Below, piece after piece: positions 11,300 to 20,956 of a stretch of DNA of 64,000 bases. Each line of letters begins with the position of its first letter. Position 1 is the stretch's first letter. The DNA comes from an uncultured Gammaproteobacteria bacterium (GTDB taxonomy: Bacteria; Pseudomonadota; Gammaproteobacteria; Pseudomonadales; UBA5518), in the NCBI GenBank assembly GCA_963819895.1, contig CAWFXU010000007.1:169593-233592 (forward strand), written 5' to 3'. The translations under genes and the position numbers were made by a program. The notes below the pieces were generated by a model, which was not told the origin of the DNA, did no database searches, and saw only the letters and a program-made list of their open reading frames with translations.

Positions 11300-12643
11300 C
11301 TACAGGTCGAGGTAGGCATCGTATTCCATGGGGGATACGTGGCCGAGGAACTCATCGAGCTCCTGCCATTTGGACATCAGGAACACGCGGCGCAGCTCCT
11401 CGCCGAGGTAGTCGCCGACGAAGGCGGATTTCTCGAAGGCGCGCAGCGCATCGGGCCAGAAGCGCGGCAGCCCGGGCGGGTGCTGGCTGTAGGCGTCACC
11501 CGCCACCGGCGCCGGCGCGGCGAGGCGCTGCTCGATGCCCATCAGCGCGCCGGCCAGGATGCCGGCCACCGCGAGATAGGGATTCGCGTCGGCGCCGCAG
11601 ACGCGGTGCTCGAGGCGTATGGCACTGCGCGAGCCGCCCGGGATGCGCACCGCCGCGGTGCGGTTCTCGTAGCCCCAGGTCGGCGCGTGCGGCGCGTGCG
11701 AGCCGAGCCGGAAGCGCCGGTACGAGTTGTAGTTGGGCGCGAACAGCGCCATCGCCTCGGGCATCGTCGCGAGGCAGCCCGCGACGGCGTGGCGAAGGAG
11801 CTCGCTGCCCTGGTCGGTGTCGTCGTCGAAGACGTTGCGCCCGCTCGCGTCGATCAGGCTGAAGTGGATGTGCATGCCGTTGCCGGCGAGATCGCCGAAG
11901 GGCTTGGCCATGAACGAGGCGAGCCGGCCCTGGGCGCGCGCCACGCCCTTGATCGCGCGCTTGAGCAGCAGCGCCTGGTCGCAGGCGCGCAGCGCGTCGT
12001 CCTGGTGATAGAGGTTGATCTCGAACTGCGAGGGCGCGGCCTCGGTGATCAGCGTGTCGACCGGCAGGCCCTGCACCGCGGCCGCCTCGCGCACCCCGTG
12101 CATCAGCTCGGCCACGTCCTGCATCGCCTCGAGGCCGTAGGTCTGGCCGCCGACCAGCGCGCGGCCGCCGCTCGCGGTCTGGGTGTGGCGCGGGGTGCCG
12201 TCGGCGCTGCGCTCGCGGTCGAACAGGTAGAACTCGAGCTCGGCCGCGACCACCGGGCGCAGGCCCAGCTGCGCGTAGCGCGCCAGCACGTTCGCCAGCA
12301 CCGTGCGCGGGTCGCCCGCGTAGGCCGAGGCGTGCACGGTGCCCATCGACACCAGCACCTGCCCGGTGGCGCGCGGCAGCCACGGCACGCGCGCCAGCGT
12401 CGCCGGCTCGGGCAGGCAGATGCCGTCGGCATCGCCGTCCTCGAACACGGTGGCGCCGATGTCGCGCCCCCAGATGTCGAAGGCGATCGTCGAGACCGGC
12501 AGCTTGAAGCCGCCGCCGAAGACCTTGGCGAGATTCTCGCGACTCACCCACTTGCCGCGCAGCTGCCCGTTGATGTCGGGCAGCAGCACCTCGAAGACCT
12601 CGAGATCCGGATTCTGCTGCAGGAAGGCATCGAGTGCGTGCAT
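11300..12643 (-). CDS. puuA: glutamine synthetase family protein (gamma-glutamylpolyamine synthetase-like)
   Basis: 447-aa intact ORF with GS beta-grasp and catalytic regions (AAELEFYLFD, NGMHIHFSL, ENRTAAVRIPG). It sits in a cluster with puuD-like and spuC genes. Confidence 0.8.
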   Translation of the reverse strand: MHALDAFLQQNPDLEVFEVLLPDINGQLRGKWVSRENLAKVFGGGFKLPVSTIAFDIWGRDIGATVFEDGDADGICLPEPATLARVPWLPRATGQVLVSMGTVHASAYAGDPRTVLANVLARYAQLGLRPVVAAELEFYLFDRERSADGTPRHTQTASGGRALVGGQTYGLEAMQDVAELMHGVREAAAVQGLPVDTLITEAAPSQFEINLYHQDDALRACDQALLLKRAIKGVARAQGRLASFMAKPFGDLAGNGMHIHFSLIDASGRNVFDDDTDQGSELLRHAVAGCLATMPEAMALFAPNYNSYRRFRLGSHAPHAPTWGYENRTAAVRIPGGSRSAIRLEHRVCGADANPYLAVAGILAGALMGIEQRLAAPAPVAGDAYSQHPPGLPRFWPDALRAFEKSAFVGDYLGEELRRVFLMSKWQELDEFLGHVSPMEYDAYLDL

Positions 12644-12685
12644 CGTCGTCGGACCGCTACGGTTATGCTGTCGGGCGCAAACGCA

Positions 12686-12711
12686 ACGGAGCCGGCAGGT
12701 GCCGGCTCCGT
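12686..12711 (-). terminator. candidate hairpin terminator downstream of the TonB receptor
   Basis: Perfect 11-bp stem acggagccggc / gccggctccgt with a 4-nt loop. The trailing U-tract is weak. Confidence 0.35.
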
Positions 12712-12730
12712 GCGTGCGGGCGGGTCGTGA

Positions 12731-15049
12731 TCAGAAATTCATGTACGCGCTGGCGCCGAAAGTGCGCGGCTTGGCCGGCCACACCAGCGTGTTGGTGAGG
12801 CCGTAGCCGCCCTGGTTGCTCGTGTCCGCGTTGGCCCAGCCGCGCTCGAAATATTCCTCGTCGAAGGCATTCTCGACGTAGATCGCGGCGCCCCAGTCCT
12901 TCTCGTCGTCGTAGCCGATGCGGAAGCTCCACTCGTCCCAGGAATCGACCGCGATGGCATCGATGTTGTCGAGATCGCTGTACATCGTGTCCTGGAAGGC
13001 GTACTCGCTCTTCGCGAACACCTCGCCGCACCACGCCGGGTAGCGCCAGGTCAGGTGCACCGCGCCGCTCCACTCCGGTGCCATCGGCATCTGCTGGCCG
13101 TCGCAGTCCTCGCAGACGCCGCGCTCGATCATGTCCGCGGCATCGGTGATCTCCGAATCCATCCACGCGCCGGCCGCATAGAGATCCCAGTGCTCGCCGA
13201 TCAGCCAGCGCGCATCGAGCTCGATGCCCTGGTTCTCGGCCTCGCCGAGGTTGTCCACCAGCTGCGAGCCGGCGTCGAAGTAGATCAGCTGCAGATCCTC
13301 GTAGGTGTAGAAGAAGTACGCGGCATTCACCTGCAGCGTGTCCTCGAGCAGGCGCGTCTTGGCGCCGATCTCGTAGCTCACCGAGGTTTCCGGGTCGAAG
13401 ACGGTGGGCACGCTCGCCGCGGAAGCCAGGCCGTTCTCGTCGACGTCGATCTCGCCGTCACCGTCGGCGTCCGGCACCGTGATGCCGAACGTGCCGAAGC
13501 CGCCGGACTTGTAGCCGGTCGAGACGTTGGCGTACAGCGAGACCTGCTCGTTCAGCTCGTAGTTGACGGCCGCGCGCGGCGTGAACTCGCTCCAGTCGTC
13601 GTCGGCCTGCACGAAGCCGTCGGTGAAGTACTCCCAGGAGAAGTTGTTGCCGAGCGCGCCGCCGCTGTCGGCAATGCGCGTGCTCATGTCCTTCTCGTCG
13701 TAGGTCCAGCGCGCGCCCACGGTGAGGTCGAGTTTCTCGGTGGCCGACCAGGTGATGTCGCCGTAGACGGAGTAACCAAGGCTCTCCATCTCGTTCCACG
13801 AATCCTCGCGCTTGTCGTTCACGAGGTCGGCCGGGTCGATGTCCGCGCCCCAGTACTCCTCGAACACGGGGTCGTCGCAGCCGCCGGTGACAGGGCCGCT
13901 GAAATCGGCCGCGTCGGTGCGGCCGATGGCGTTGCACAGCGCGTCCTCGTCGTAGTTCTGGAAGAAGTAGCCGTCGATGTTCTCGGCGTAGGCCGACGCG
14001 CCCACGAACCACTCCACGCGCTCGCCCGCGAAGTTCAGCCGCAGCTCCTGGCTGTAGTAGTCGACCTCGTTGAAGATGCCGACGTTGTCGATGCGCTCGG
14101 GCCGCGCGTCGTAGTCCTCCAGGTAGTCGAAGTCGTAGCTCTTGTAGCCGGTGATGGAGCTCAGCGAGTAGTCCTCGCCCAGGTCCCAGGTGAGGTTCGC
14201 GGTCGCGGTGTAGATCTCGGAACGGTCGAGGCCGTTGTCGGCGAGATCGGTATTCACCTCGTCCTCGTCGAGGCCCAGCTCCGGATCCCAGTACACCGAG
14301 GGATCCTGCTCGCGGTCCTCGTAGCCGAAGGAGAGGACCGCATCGAGGCTGTCGCCGGCATAACGCAGCGCGAGACGCGTCGAGACCTGCTCGTGATAGC
14401 CGAGGTCATCGCCGCCTGCCTGGTTCTCCAGCCAGCCGTCGTTCTTCAACCCCTGCACGTTGCCGCGGAAATACCACCGGTCGCTGAGCGGCACGTTGAT
14501 CATGCCGTGCCCCTCGACTTCGCCGTACTCGGCGATGCCGGCGCTCAGGCGCCCCTCGAACTCCTCGACCGGTTTGTTCGTGATGATGCTCACGGCGCCC
14601 GCGATCGCGTTGCGCCCGAACAGCGTTGCCTGCGGCCCCTTGACCACCTCGACGCGCTCGACGTCGTAGAAGTTCATCTGCACGCCGCCGTTGCGGCCCT
14701 GCCACACGCCGTCCTGGAAGATCGAGACCGACGGGTCGCCGCCGATGCCGAAGTCGTTGGTCACGATGCCGCGGATCGCCAGCGCGTCGATGAAGCTGTC
14801 CTCGGTCCTGCCGTTGAAACCGGGCGTGAGATCCACGAGGCCACGGATGTCGGTGACATTGGCCTCGGCGATGAAGTCGCCGCTGAAGGCCGACACGGCA
14901 ACCGGGATTTCCTGCAGCGTCTGCTCGCGCTTCTGCGCGGTGACGACGATTTCCTCCAGCACGGGCGCCGCGACGGCCGGTGTGGCGAGCGCTGCGGCGA
15001 TCGCGACGACGAGAAGCCTGGGCGAGGATTTCCTGCGGACCGTATGCAT
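12731..15049 (-). CDS. TonB-dependent receptor
   Basis: Start moved to the ATG at 15049: MHTVRRKSSPRLLVVAIAAALATPAVAAPVLEEIVVTAQKREQTLQEIPVAVSAF (signal peptide plus plug). Ends with the C-terminal F (YMNF). Confidence 0.9.
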   Translation of the reverse strand: MHTVRRKSSPRLLVVAIAAALATPAVAAPVLEEIVVTAQKREQTLQEIPVAVSAFSGDFIAEANVTDIRGLVDLTPGFNGRTEDSFIDALAIRGIVTNDFGIGGDPSVSIFQDGVWQGRNGGVQMNFYDVERVEVVKGPQATLFGRNAIAGAVSIITNKPVEEFEGRLSAGIAEYGEVEGHGMINVPLSDRWYFRGNVQGLKNDGWLENQAGGDDLGYHEQVSTRLALRYAGDSLDAVLSFGYEDREQDPSVYWDPELGLDEDEVNTDLADNGLDRSEIYTATANLTWDLGEDYSLSSITGYKSYDFDYLEDYDARPERIDNVGIFNEVDYYSQELRLNFAGERVEWFVGASAYAENIDGYFFQNYDEDALCNAIGRTDAADFSGPVTGGCDDPVFEEYWGADIDPADLVNDKREDSWNEMESLGYSVYGDITWSATEKLDLTVGARWTYDEKDMSTRIADSGGALGNNFSWEYFTDGFVQADDDWSEFTPRAAVNYELNEQVSLYANVSTGYKSGGFGTFGITVPDADGDGEIDVDENGLASAASVPTVFDPETSVSYEIGAKTRLLEDTLQVNAAYFFYTYEDLQLIYFDAGSQLVDNLGEAENQGIELDARWLIGEHWDLYAAGAWMDSEITDAADMIERGVCEDCDGQQMPMAPEWSGAVHLTWRYPAWCGEVFAKSEYAFQDTMYSDLDNIDAIAVDSWDEWSFRIGYDDEKDWGAAIYVENAFDEEYFERGWANADTSNQGGYGLTNTLVWPAKPRTFGASAYMNF

Positions 15050-15090
15050 CGTTGCTGTCTCCGTCTGGTTGTCACGCGGCGTTGTTGTTG

Positions 15091-15891
15091 TCACACATTT
15101 GTAGCATTGTTCTGCAGATATTGCGACCGGGCCGCGGCGCCGAACGCCGCGAACAGCGCGCGCGACAGCGCGTCGTCGCGAAACTTCCATTCCGGATGCC
15201 ACTGCACGCCGACGGCGAAGCCGCGACTGCCCTCGACACTGACCGCCTCGACCAGGCCGTCGGGCGCGCGCGCCTCGATGCGCAGTCCCGGCGCGAGCCG
15301 GTCGATGCCCTGCGCATGCAGGGAATTGACGCGATGGCGCCGCGCATCGACCAGACCCGCGAGCACGCCGCCCTCCGCGATCAGCACCTCGTGCGCGGCT
15401 GCGTACTGCTGCTCGCGGCTCGCGTGCTTGTCCTCGCGGTGATCGATCATGCCGGGCACTTCCTGCACGCGCTGGTACAGCGTGCCGCCGAGCGCGACGT
15501 TGAGTTCCTGCATGCCGCGACAGACGCAGAACAGCGGGACGCCGCGCTCGAGCGCGAGACGGATCAGCGGCAGCGTGGTCGCGTCGCGTTGCGGGTCGTG
15601 TGACGTTCCCGGTGCACTCGGCGCACCGGCGTAGTGCACCGGCTCCACGTTGGACGGGCTGCCGGTGAGGAAGATGCCGTCCAGCCCGTCGAGCAGCGCG
15701 GGCAGCGGAACCAGGTCGGCAACGGGCTCGAGATCGCGCCCCGCGCCCAGACCGGGGATCAGCAACGGCAACACGCGCGCGCCGTGCGCCACGGCGTTGA
15801 TGTATTTCTCGCCCACGCCGTGGAACGGGTGCAGACCCTTGTCGAAGATGTCGCAGGGAATGCCGACCACCGGGACACCGGGCGTGCGCAT
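15091..15891 (-). CDS. puuD: gamma-glutamyl-gamma-aminobutyrate hydrolase family (peptidase C26 / class I amidotransferase)
   Basis: 266 aa. Catalytic-Cys context VPLFCVCRGMQELNVALGG and C-terminal VGVQWHPEW. Confidence 0.85.
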   Translation of the reverse strand: MRTPGVPVVGIPCDIFDKGLHPFHGVGEKYINAVAHGARVLPLLIPGLGAGRDLEPVADLVPLPALLDGLDGIFLTGSPSNVEPVHYAGAPSAPGTSHDPQRDATTLPLIRLALERGVPLFCVCRGMQELNVALGGTLYQRVQEVPGMIDHREDKHASREQQYAAAHEVLIAEGGVLAGLVDARRHRVNSLHAQGIDRLAPGLRIEARAPDGLVEAVSVEGSRGFAVGVQWHPEWKFRDDALSRALFAAFGAAARSQYLQNNATNV

Positions 15892-16047
15892 GCGTTTCCT
15901 CGCTTGCGGAGCGCTACCCCCGTCGGGGTAGCGTCGTTGACCTGAAAATTGCCGTGTGCTCCCATTCTAAGCACGTCACGCTGCGCTCCCACATACCACC
16001 AGCGGGGTAAGGCCGAAGCGCCCGGCCCGACTCGAGGACACACGACC

Positions 16048-17415
16048 ATGACCGCAGGCCGATCCAGGCAGCACTGGCAGGCGCTCGATCGCGCCCACCA
16101 CCTGCACCCCTTCACGGACTTCCACGAGCTCGCCGAGCACGGCACGCGCGTGATCACGCGCGCCGGGCACATCTACATCTACGACATCGACGGCCGCGAA
16201 TACCTCGACGGCATGTCGGGCCTGTGGTGCTGCAACCTCGGCTACAGCCGCCACGAGATCATCGACGCGGTCACGCGCCAGCTGCAGGAACTGCCCTTCT
16301 ACAACAACTTCTTCCAGTGCGCGCACCCGCCCTCGATAGAGCTGGCGCAGGTGCTCGCCGAAGTCGCGCCGCCGCACATGAAGCACGTGTTCTTCACGAA
16401 CTCGGGCAGCGAGGGCAACGACACCGTGGTGCGCATGGTGCGCCGCTACTGGGACCTGAAGGAACAGCCGAAGAAGCGCTGGATCATCAGCCGCGTGAAC
16501 GCCTACCACGGCAGCACGATCGCCGGCGCGAGCCTCGGCGGCATGGCCTTCGTGCACAAGCAGTTCGAGCCGCTGCCCTACGTGACGCACATCCAGCAGC
16601 CGTACTGGTACGGCGAGGGCGCGGGTCTGTCGAAGGAGGAATTCGGCATCCGCGCCGCGCGCGCGCTGGAAGCCAGGATCGAGGAGCTCGGGCCCGACAA
16701 CGTGGCCGCGTTCATCGCCGAGCCCGTGCAGGGCGCCGGCGGCGTGATCATCGCGCCCGAGACCTACTGGCCCGAAGTGCGCCGCGTGCTGGAGAAATAC
16801 GACATCCTGCTGGTCATGGACGAAGTGATCTGCGGCTTCGGGCGCACCGGCAAGTGGTTCGGCAACGTCTACTACGGCATGAAGCCCGACCTGATGACCT
16901 TCGCCAAGGCCGTCACCAACGGCTACCAGCCGCTCGGCGGCGTGATGGTCGGCGAGCGCGTGGCCGAGGTACTGACCACGCGCGGCGGCGAATTCGGCCA
17001 CGGCTTCACCTATTCCGGCCACCCGGCCGCCTGCGCCGCGGGCCTCGCGACGCTGAGGATCCTGCGCGAGGAGAAGGTGATCGAGAACGTCGAGAGCGTA
17101 ACCGGCCCGCATCTTGCACGACGCTGGGCGGAGCTCGCGGATCATCCGCTGGTGGGCGAGGCACGCACGCTGGGGCTGTTCGGCGCGCTCGAACTGGTGA
17201 AGAACAAGGCGACGCGCGAGCGCTTTGCCCCCGGCGGGCGCGCCGGCGCCGTGTGCCGCCAGGCCAGCCTGAACAACGGCCTGGTGATGCGCGCCACCGG
17301 TGACGCTATGATCATTGCGCCGCCGCTGATCTGCACCACCGCCGAGATCGACCTGCTGGTCGAGCGCGCGAAGGCGGCGCTCGACGAGACAGCCCGCGAA
17401 CTGGGAGCGGGCTGA
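16048..17415 (+). CDS. spuC: putrescine--pyruvate aminotransferase (class III PLP aminotransferase)
   Basis: Start at ATG 16048. Long collinear resemblance to Pseudomonas SpuC as I recall it: HHLHPFTD, GLWCCNLGY, FYNNFFQCAHPP, EPVQGAGGVI, DEVICGFGRTG, HGFTYSGHP. Confidence 0.9.
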   Translation: MTAGRSRQHWQALDRAHHLHPFTDFHELAEHGTRVITRAGHIYIYDIDGREYLDGMSGLWCCNLGYSRHEIIDAVTRQLQELPFYNNFFQCAHPPSIELAQVLAEVAPPHMKHVFFTNSGSEGNDTVVRMVRRYWDLKEQPKKRWIISRVNAYHGSTIAGASLGGMAFVHKQFEPLPYVTHIQQPYWYGEGAGLSKEEFGIRAARALEARIEELGPDNVAAFIAEPVQGAGGVIIAPETYWPEVRRVLEKYDILLVMDEVICGFGRTGKWFGNVYYGMKPDLMTFAKAVTNGYQPLGGVMVGERVAEVLTTRGGEFGHGFTYSGHPAACAAGLATLRILREEKVIENVESVTGPHLARRWAELADHPLVGEARTLGLFGALELVKNKATRERFAPGGRAGAVCRQASLNNGLVMRATGDAMIIAPPLICTTAEIDLLVERAKAALDETARELGAG

Positions 17416-17449
17416 GACCGGATCACCCGAACCCGCACAGGAGAAGCAT

Positions 17450-19033
17450 GTGAATCGCAACGACGGTGAAGCAGGCGAGGCTCACATCACCGCACACGAT
17501 TCACACTACCGGCCCGAACCGGATCTTCTCGACAAGGGATTGCAGCACGACTCGATGGGGCTGCTCGGCAGCACCGCGATGGCGGTCTCCTGCGTGGCGC
17601 CGGTGTACGCGCTCACCGCCGCGCTGGGGCCGACGGTGCGCGAGGTCGGCGTGCAGATGCCGGCGGTTTTCCTCGCCGGATTCATCCCGATGCTGCTGGT
17701 CGCCTTCGGCTACCGCGCACTGAACAGGGTGGTGCCGGACGCGGGCACCTCCTTCACGTGGACCGTGAAAGCCTTCGGCCCCTACACCGGATGGATGTGC
17801 GGGTGGGGCCTGATACTCGCGACGGTGATCGTGCTCTCCAACACCGCGGGCGTCGCTGCCACCTACCTGTACCTGTTCCTCGCCGCGCTCTTCGACAACC
17901 CCGCGATCCGCGAATTCGGCGACACCAGGCTGGTGAACGTGGTCACGACCACCGTGTTCGTGGCGATGGCGACCTGGGTCGCCTACCGGGGCATGATGAC
18001 GGCGAAACGCGTCACCTACGTGCTGGTCGGCTTCCAGATGGTGATCCTGCTGCTGTTCTGCGCGCTGGGCCTGAAAAAGGCGCTCGCGGGCGACGTGCCG
18101 ACGGCGATACCCTTCGAGTGGAGCTGGCTGAATCCCTTCGCGGTGGAATCGGCGGCCGCGCTGGCGGCGGGACTCTCGCTGTCGATATTCATCTACTGGG
18201 GCTGGGACGTGAGCCTGTCGGCCAACGAGGAAACCAGCGGCAGCGAGCACACGCCGGCCCTGGCCGCGCTCGCCTCCATCGTGATGCTGGCCGGCACCTA
18301 CCTGCTGGTCGCGATCTCGACGCAGATGTTCGCCGGCACCGGCGAGACCGGCATCGGACTGCGCGCCGACGCCACGCAGGACAACGTGTTCGAGGCGCTG
18401 GCCATACCGATCATGGGCGACGGCCTGCTCGAGATCCTGCTGTTCGCCGCCGTGCTCGCCAGCGCCGCCTCGAGCCTGCAGACCACTTTCATCCCCGCGG
18501 CGCGCACCCTGCTCGCGATGAGCGTGTACAAGGCCCTGCCCGCCGTGTTCTCGGAGATCCACCCGGTGCACCGCGTGCCGAGCAAGGCGACCATCGTCTC
18601 GGGCGTGCTCACGGCCGCCTTCTACGCGGTGATGACGCTGCTCAGCGAGAACGTGCTGAGCGACACCGTCGAGTCGCTGGGCCTGATGATCTGCTTCTAC
18701 TACGGCCTCACCGCCTTCTCCTGCGTGTGGTACTTCCGCCACGAGTACCGCCTCGGACTCGCGCCGCTGCTGATGAAAGGCCTGCTGCCGCTCGCCGGCG
18801 GCGCGATGCTCGCGGCGATGTTCCTGCAGCTCAGCGTCGCGACCTTCGACCCCGCCTACGGCAGCGGCGGCGCGATCCTCGGCGTCGGCACCGTGTTCGC
18901 GATCGGCGTGGGCATACTGCTGATCGGCGCGCTGCTGATGCTCGCCTGGCGCATGAAGGCGCCGGCATTCTTCCGCGGCCTGACGCTGCGCCACGACACC
19001 CCGGCGCTGATCGTCGCGGAACCCGTCGGCTGA
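17450..19033 (+). CDS. APC-family amino acid/polyamine permease
   Basis: 527-aa polytopic ORF with a GTG start, immediately downstream of spuC. Confidence 0.85.
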   Translation: MNRNDGEAGEAHITAHDSHYRPEPDLLDKGLQHDSMGLLGSTAMAVSCVAPVYALTAALGPTVREVGVQMPAVFLAGFIPMLLVAFGYRALNRVVPDAGTSFTWTVKAFGPYTGWMCGWGLILATVIVLSNTAGVAATYLYLFLAALFDNPAIREFGDTRLVNVVTTTVFVAMATWVAYRGMMTAKRVTYVLVGFQMVILLLFCALGLKKALAGDVPTAIPFEWSWLNPFAVESAAALAAGLSLSIFIYWGWDVSLSANEETSGSEHTPALAALASIVMLAGTYLLVAISTQMFAGTGETGIGLRADATQDNVFEALAIPIMGDGLLEILLFAAVLASAASSLQTTFIPAARTLLAMSVYKALPAVFSEIHPVHRVPSKATIVSGVLTAAFYAVMTLLSENVLSDTVESLGLMICFYYGLTAFSCVWYFRHEYRLGLAPLLMKGLLPLAGGAMLAAMFLQLSVATFDPAYGSGGAILGVGTVFAIGVGILLIGALLMLAWRMKAPAFFRGLTLRHDTPALIVAEPVG

Positions 19034-19051
19034 GGCCCTGCGGGTCGGCAT

Positions 19052-19119
19052 TGTGGGTCGGCATTCATGCCGACGAGTGCCTTGCCGGATGCTGCTGTCG
19101 CCATGAATGGCGACCCACA
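19052..19119. repeat. inverted pair of GTAG/GTGG-headed REP hairpins (family B)
   Basis: tgtgggtcggcattcatgccgac ... gtcgccatgaatggcgacccaca. Two palindromic units face each other. Confidence 0.6.
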
Positions 19120-19201
19120 GGTGTCCCACAGGTGTCTTGCGCCTGCAACGCAAAGGCAATACGGTAACGCCAGGCCAACCACCCGAACGAGGACATCGAC
19201 C

Positions 19202-19450
19202 ATGGGCATTCTTTCGTGGATCGTGATGGGACTGATCGTGGGCGTGCTCGCCAAGTTCATCATGCCGGGCAGGGATCCGGGCGGCTTCATCATCACGGTG
19301 GCGCTCGGCATCGGCGGTGCCTTCGTGGGCGGCTACATCGGCTCGCTCCTCGGCATCGGCGCGGTGAGCGGCTTCAACGTGCCCAGCATCTTCATCGCCA
19401 CGCTCGGCGCGATCGTGCTGCTCGCGCTGTATCGCGCGCTGAAGCGATAG
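19202..19450 (+). CDS. GlsB/YeaQ/YmgE-family stress membrane protein
   Basis: Start at ATG 19202: MGILSWIVMGLIVGVLAKFIMPGRDPGGFIITVALGIGGAFVGGYI. 82 aa. Confidence 0.85.
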   Translation: MGILSWIVMGLIVGVLAKFIMPGRDPGGFIITVALGIGGAFVGGYIGSLLGIGAVSGFNVPSIFIATLGAIVLLALYRALKR

Positions 19451-19562
19451 CACTCCCCCGGGGCGCCGCGCGCCCCGCATCGCCCCGGCGCGGGCAGGCC
19501 CGTGACGGGGTGTCCTTGTCACGCCGAAGCGGTTACCATGGCCGCATCCCGTTTATCACGCA

Positions 19563-19596
19563 CGCGCCGACATTTGCCGGCGCGCGGCGTTTTTTT
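19563..19596 (+). terminator. candidate rho-independent terminator
   Basis: Stem cgcgccg / cggcgcg followed by a T7 run, which is rare in this GC-rich DNA. Confidence 0.4.
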
Positions 19597-19630
19597 GCGC
19601 CCGTGCACTGACCACGCAAGGAGATTTGCC

Positions 19631-20041
19631 ATGGACACCCAGCCCGCCATCACGGTATCGAGCCTCGACCTGCAGCGCATCGAGCAGCTGCTGCGCGCCG
19701 ACGCGCTTCGACGCCTGCCGGGCATCGACGCGCTGCAGGCCGAACTGGACCGCGCCAACGTGGTCGAACCGGTGGACATGCCACCCGGGATCGTCACGAT
19801 GAACTCCACCGTGCGTTTCTGCGACGACGCCTCCGGGGACAAGCACGAGCTCACGCTGGTCTACCCCGATGGCGCCGGCGCGCCCGGCACGGTATCGGTG
19901 CTGGCGCCGACGGGCAGCGCCCTGCTCGGGCTCTCCGTGGGACAGTCGATCGCCTGGCAGGTGCCGGGCGGCCGCAAGCTGCAGCTGCGCGTGCTGGAGG
20001 TGGTGCGCCAGCCCGAAGCCCTGGGCGAATACCACCGCTGA
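19631..20041 (+). CDS. rnk: nucleoside diphosphate kinase regulator (GreA/GreB-like C-terminal domain)
   Basis: Start at ATG 19631, preceded by aaggag. MDTQPAITVSSLDLQRIEQLL...VLAPTGSALLGLSVGQSIAWQVPGG. Confidence 0.85.
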   Translation: MDTQPAITVSSLDLQRIEQLLRADALRRLPGIDALQAELDRANVVEPVDMPPGIVTMNSTVRFCDDASGDKHELTLVYPDGAGAPGTVSVLAPTGSALLGLSVGQSIAWQVPGGRKLQLRVLEVVRQPEALGEYHR

Positions 20042-20068
20042 CACCGCCCGCGCCAGGGAGATCGCACG

Positions 20069-20944
20069 ATGAACCGGACCGTCCTCTGCGCCACCGACTT
20101 CTCCAGCGATGCCCGCCAGGCCGCGGAGCGCACCGCGCTGCTCTGCGCCGGCGGCGCGATGGCCGGCAGCACGCTGCTGCACGTGATCCAGGCCTCGTGG
20201 CTCGACGCGGTGCGCCGCCTGGTGACGCTGCCACCCGAGGCAGAAGGCGCGATGCTCGCCGAAGCCACGGCAAAACTGGGGCTCTGGGCCTCGGAGATCG
20301 GCGCCCGCACCGGCTTCGTGGCGCAAACCGCCGTGCGCATCGGCAGCGTCGTCGACACGCTGTTGCGCGAGGCCGGGCAGCACGAGTTGCTCGCCCTCGG
20401 CGCCCGTGGCCGGCATCCGCTGCTCGATTTCGCCATCGGCACCACCGCCGAGCACCTGTTGCGGCGCACGCGCAGGCCGCTGCTGGTGGTGCGCCGCCCG
20501 GCGGCGAGCGCCTACCAGCGCGTGCTGGTCGCGGTGGATTTTTCGCCGCATTCGCGTACCGCGCTCGAGTGGGCCGGCCGGCTCGGCCCGCTCGCGGAGA
20601 TCCACGCGCTGCACGTCTTCGAGATGCCCTTCGAGGGGATGATGCATTACTCCGGCGTCGACGCGGCGCTGGTCGAGCGCTACCGCCGCGAGGCGCATGC
20701 CGAGGCGAGCGGCGAGATGCAGCGATTCATCGCCGATACGGCCGTCGACAGACGGCGCGTACACACCGCGATCGCGAGCGGCGAGCACATTCCCAGCGCG
20801 CTGCGCGAACGGGCGCTCGCGCTCGATGCCGATCTCGTCGTGGTCGGCAAGCACGGCAAGTCGATCGCCGAGCAGCTGCTGCTCGGCAGCGTGACGCTGC
20901 ACCTGCTCTCCGAATGCCCCTGCGACGTGCTCGTCGCGCAGTAA
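20069..20944 (+). CDS. tandem-domain universal stress protein
   Basis: 291 aa with two Usp halves, each ending in a G-x-G-x9-GS-like motif (LLLGSVTLHLLSECPCDVLV). Confidence 0.85.
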   Translation: MNRTVLCATDFSSDARQAAERTALLCAGGAMAGSTLLHVIQASWLDAVRRLVTLPPEAEGAMLAEATAKLGLWASEIGARTGFVAQTAVRIGSVVDTLLREAGQHELLALGARGRHPLLDFAIGTTAEHLLRRTRRPLLVVRRPAASAYQRVLVAVDFSPHSRTALEWAGRLGPLAEIHALHVFEMPFEGMMHYSGVDAALVERYRREAHAEASGEMQRFIADTAVDRRRVHTAIASGEHIPSALRERALALDADLVVVGKHGKSIAEQLLLGSVTLHLLSECPCDVLVAQ

Positions 20945-20956
20945 CAGGGCGCGCCG

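Noticed and set aside
15892-16047. Possible promoter/operator (TTGACC, gctaccccgtcggggtagc palindrome) between puuD-like and spuC
   Set aside because: The -10 element and its spacing are not convincing by eye, so I did not report it as a feature.
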